A DNA stretch of 64,000 nucleotides from Spongospora subterranea f. sp. subterranea (Eukaryota). The notes below the pieces were generated by a model. It saw only the letters and a program-made list of their open reading frames with translations. It made no database searches and was not told the DNA's origin. Position numbers and translations under genes: made by a program. The DNA lies in contig JAUGWO010000053.1 of NCBI GenBank assembly GCA_049724395.1, forward strand, positions 1-64,000, read 5' to 3'. Shown here piece by piece: positions 62,920-64,000 of the stretch (position 1 is the stretch's first letter; each line of letters starts with the position of its first letter).

Positions 62920-63557
62920 TTTCCCCACCAACATCCGACGCCTTGCGCACAGACGTCAGAGGCGTTGCGGCTCTACAATCTGTCGTTGAAGTGGTATCAC
63001 ACAGGGCCCAAACACATAGCATTGGTGTTGTGCCACAGCAATTCTTCGTTCATATAGGGACAGTTTTGGGTTTTATTTCCATTTTATATCTGGCCAACAA
63101 CACATTGCAGTTTGGCACCTGCTTGACTCCAGTTCATGCGGACCCAGGCGGCGTATCTTTGGTGTACAGTGTTACAAAATTTGGGTGATAAGGCGCCATC
63201 CGGAATGGAGCCAACGGAAAATGTTGTTTCCGTTTGACGGCGTTGTCAACAATCCCGAGCATCGCCTCGTTCGCTGACCTATGTCGGCGTCCAGAGGTTC
63301 TGGTCTGCGTCTTACGGCCTGGCGATGTCCTCGTCACGCCTCCTAGAGCGTCCCATGCTGTTCTCACGGTCTGGCCCGCTGATGTGCCTCTTGATAACCG
63401 ATGGTGTCTTGCTGGCGGCCATGTCTTCGGTAATATCACAGATGTCAGAGTCAATGCCAAATTTTCGCTTCCTTGGCACTGGGTGAACATTACCCATAGC
63501 TGCTGTCACGATTCCGTCCACTTGCCGCGCCGAGAATATGGGTGTTTAGATTTTTAA
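62920..63557 (+). pseudogene. JmjC-domain dioxygenase-like gene fragment (frameshifted)
   Basis: TPVHADPGG (HxD), YKIWVI, LRPGDVLVTPPRASHAVLT (distal His) and CLAGGHVF. Confidence 0.7.
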
Positions 63558-63600
63558 TTTGATTTAGAACCTATTTTTGAAGTAAACGCTGATATATATC

Positions 63601-64000
63601 CCGGTGCGGCAAGTGGACGGAATCGTGAGAGCAGCTATGGGTAATGTTCATCCAGTGCCAAGGAAGCGAAAATTTGGCATTGACTCTGACATCTGTGATA
63701 TTACCGAAGACATGGCCGCCAGCAAGACACCATCGGTTATCACATCAGCGGGCCAGACCGTGAGAACAGCATGGGACGCTCTCGGAGGCGTGACAAGGAC
63801 ATCGCCAGGCCCTAAGACGCAGACCAGAACGTCTGGACGCCGACACAGGTCAGCGAACGAGGCGATGCTGGGTATTGCGACAACGCCGTCGAACGGAAAC
63901 ATCAATTTGCGTTGGCTCCATTCCGGATGGCGCCATATCACCCAGATTTTGTAACACAAAACACCCGGACGTGGCACGACCGCGCAAGATACGCGGCCTG
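63601..64000 (-). pseudogene. Inverted second copy of the JmjC-like fragment, running off the window end
   Basis: Reverse complement of ~63147-63532. Translates as CYKIWVIWRHP..VLGPGDVLVTPPRASHAVLT. Confidence 0.75.

Overview
Eukaryotic nuclear DNA of moderate GC, with short (about 45-65 bp) GT-AG introns. A protist such as a plasmodiophorid would fit, but that is only an inference. The window has three zones. (1) 1-11.2 kb is repeat-rich: a decayed multi-copy family in tandem and inverted arrangement, a minisatellite, and a full-length but frameshifted Ty1/copia element. That element has 128-bp LTRs, an apparent half-tRNA-Arg primer site, an inverted partial LTR forming a hairpin, and a SINE-like insert. 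(2) 11.3-39.6 kb is gene-dense: a PDXDC1-like gene, a PH-RhoGAP, a large protein with about 100 15-aa repeats, TRAPPC2, an RIIa-domain protein, an RRM protein, a candidate secreted protein, a Penelope remnant and a second SINE-like insert. (3) 39.6-64 kb is a transposon nest: Gypsy/chromovirus, copia, a second Gypsy, Crypton, MULE with TIRs and PIF/Harbinger with a TTA TSD. The right end is the most unusual part. A Mutator-like transposase C-terminus is fused to a USP-type (C19) peptidase-like domain, followed by a long palindrome and a JmjC-like gene duplicated as an inverted repeat. This is a candidate transposon-borne chromatin-modifier cargo. All protein calls come from motif recognition by eye, and exon boundaries are approximate.
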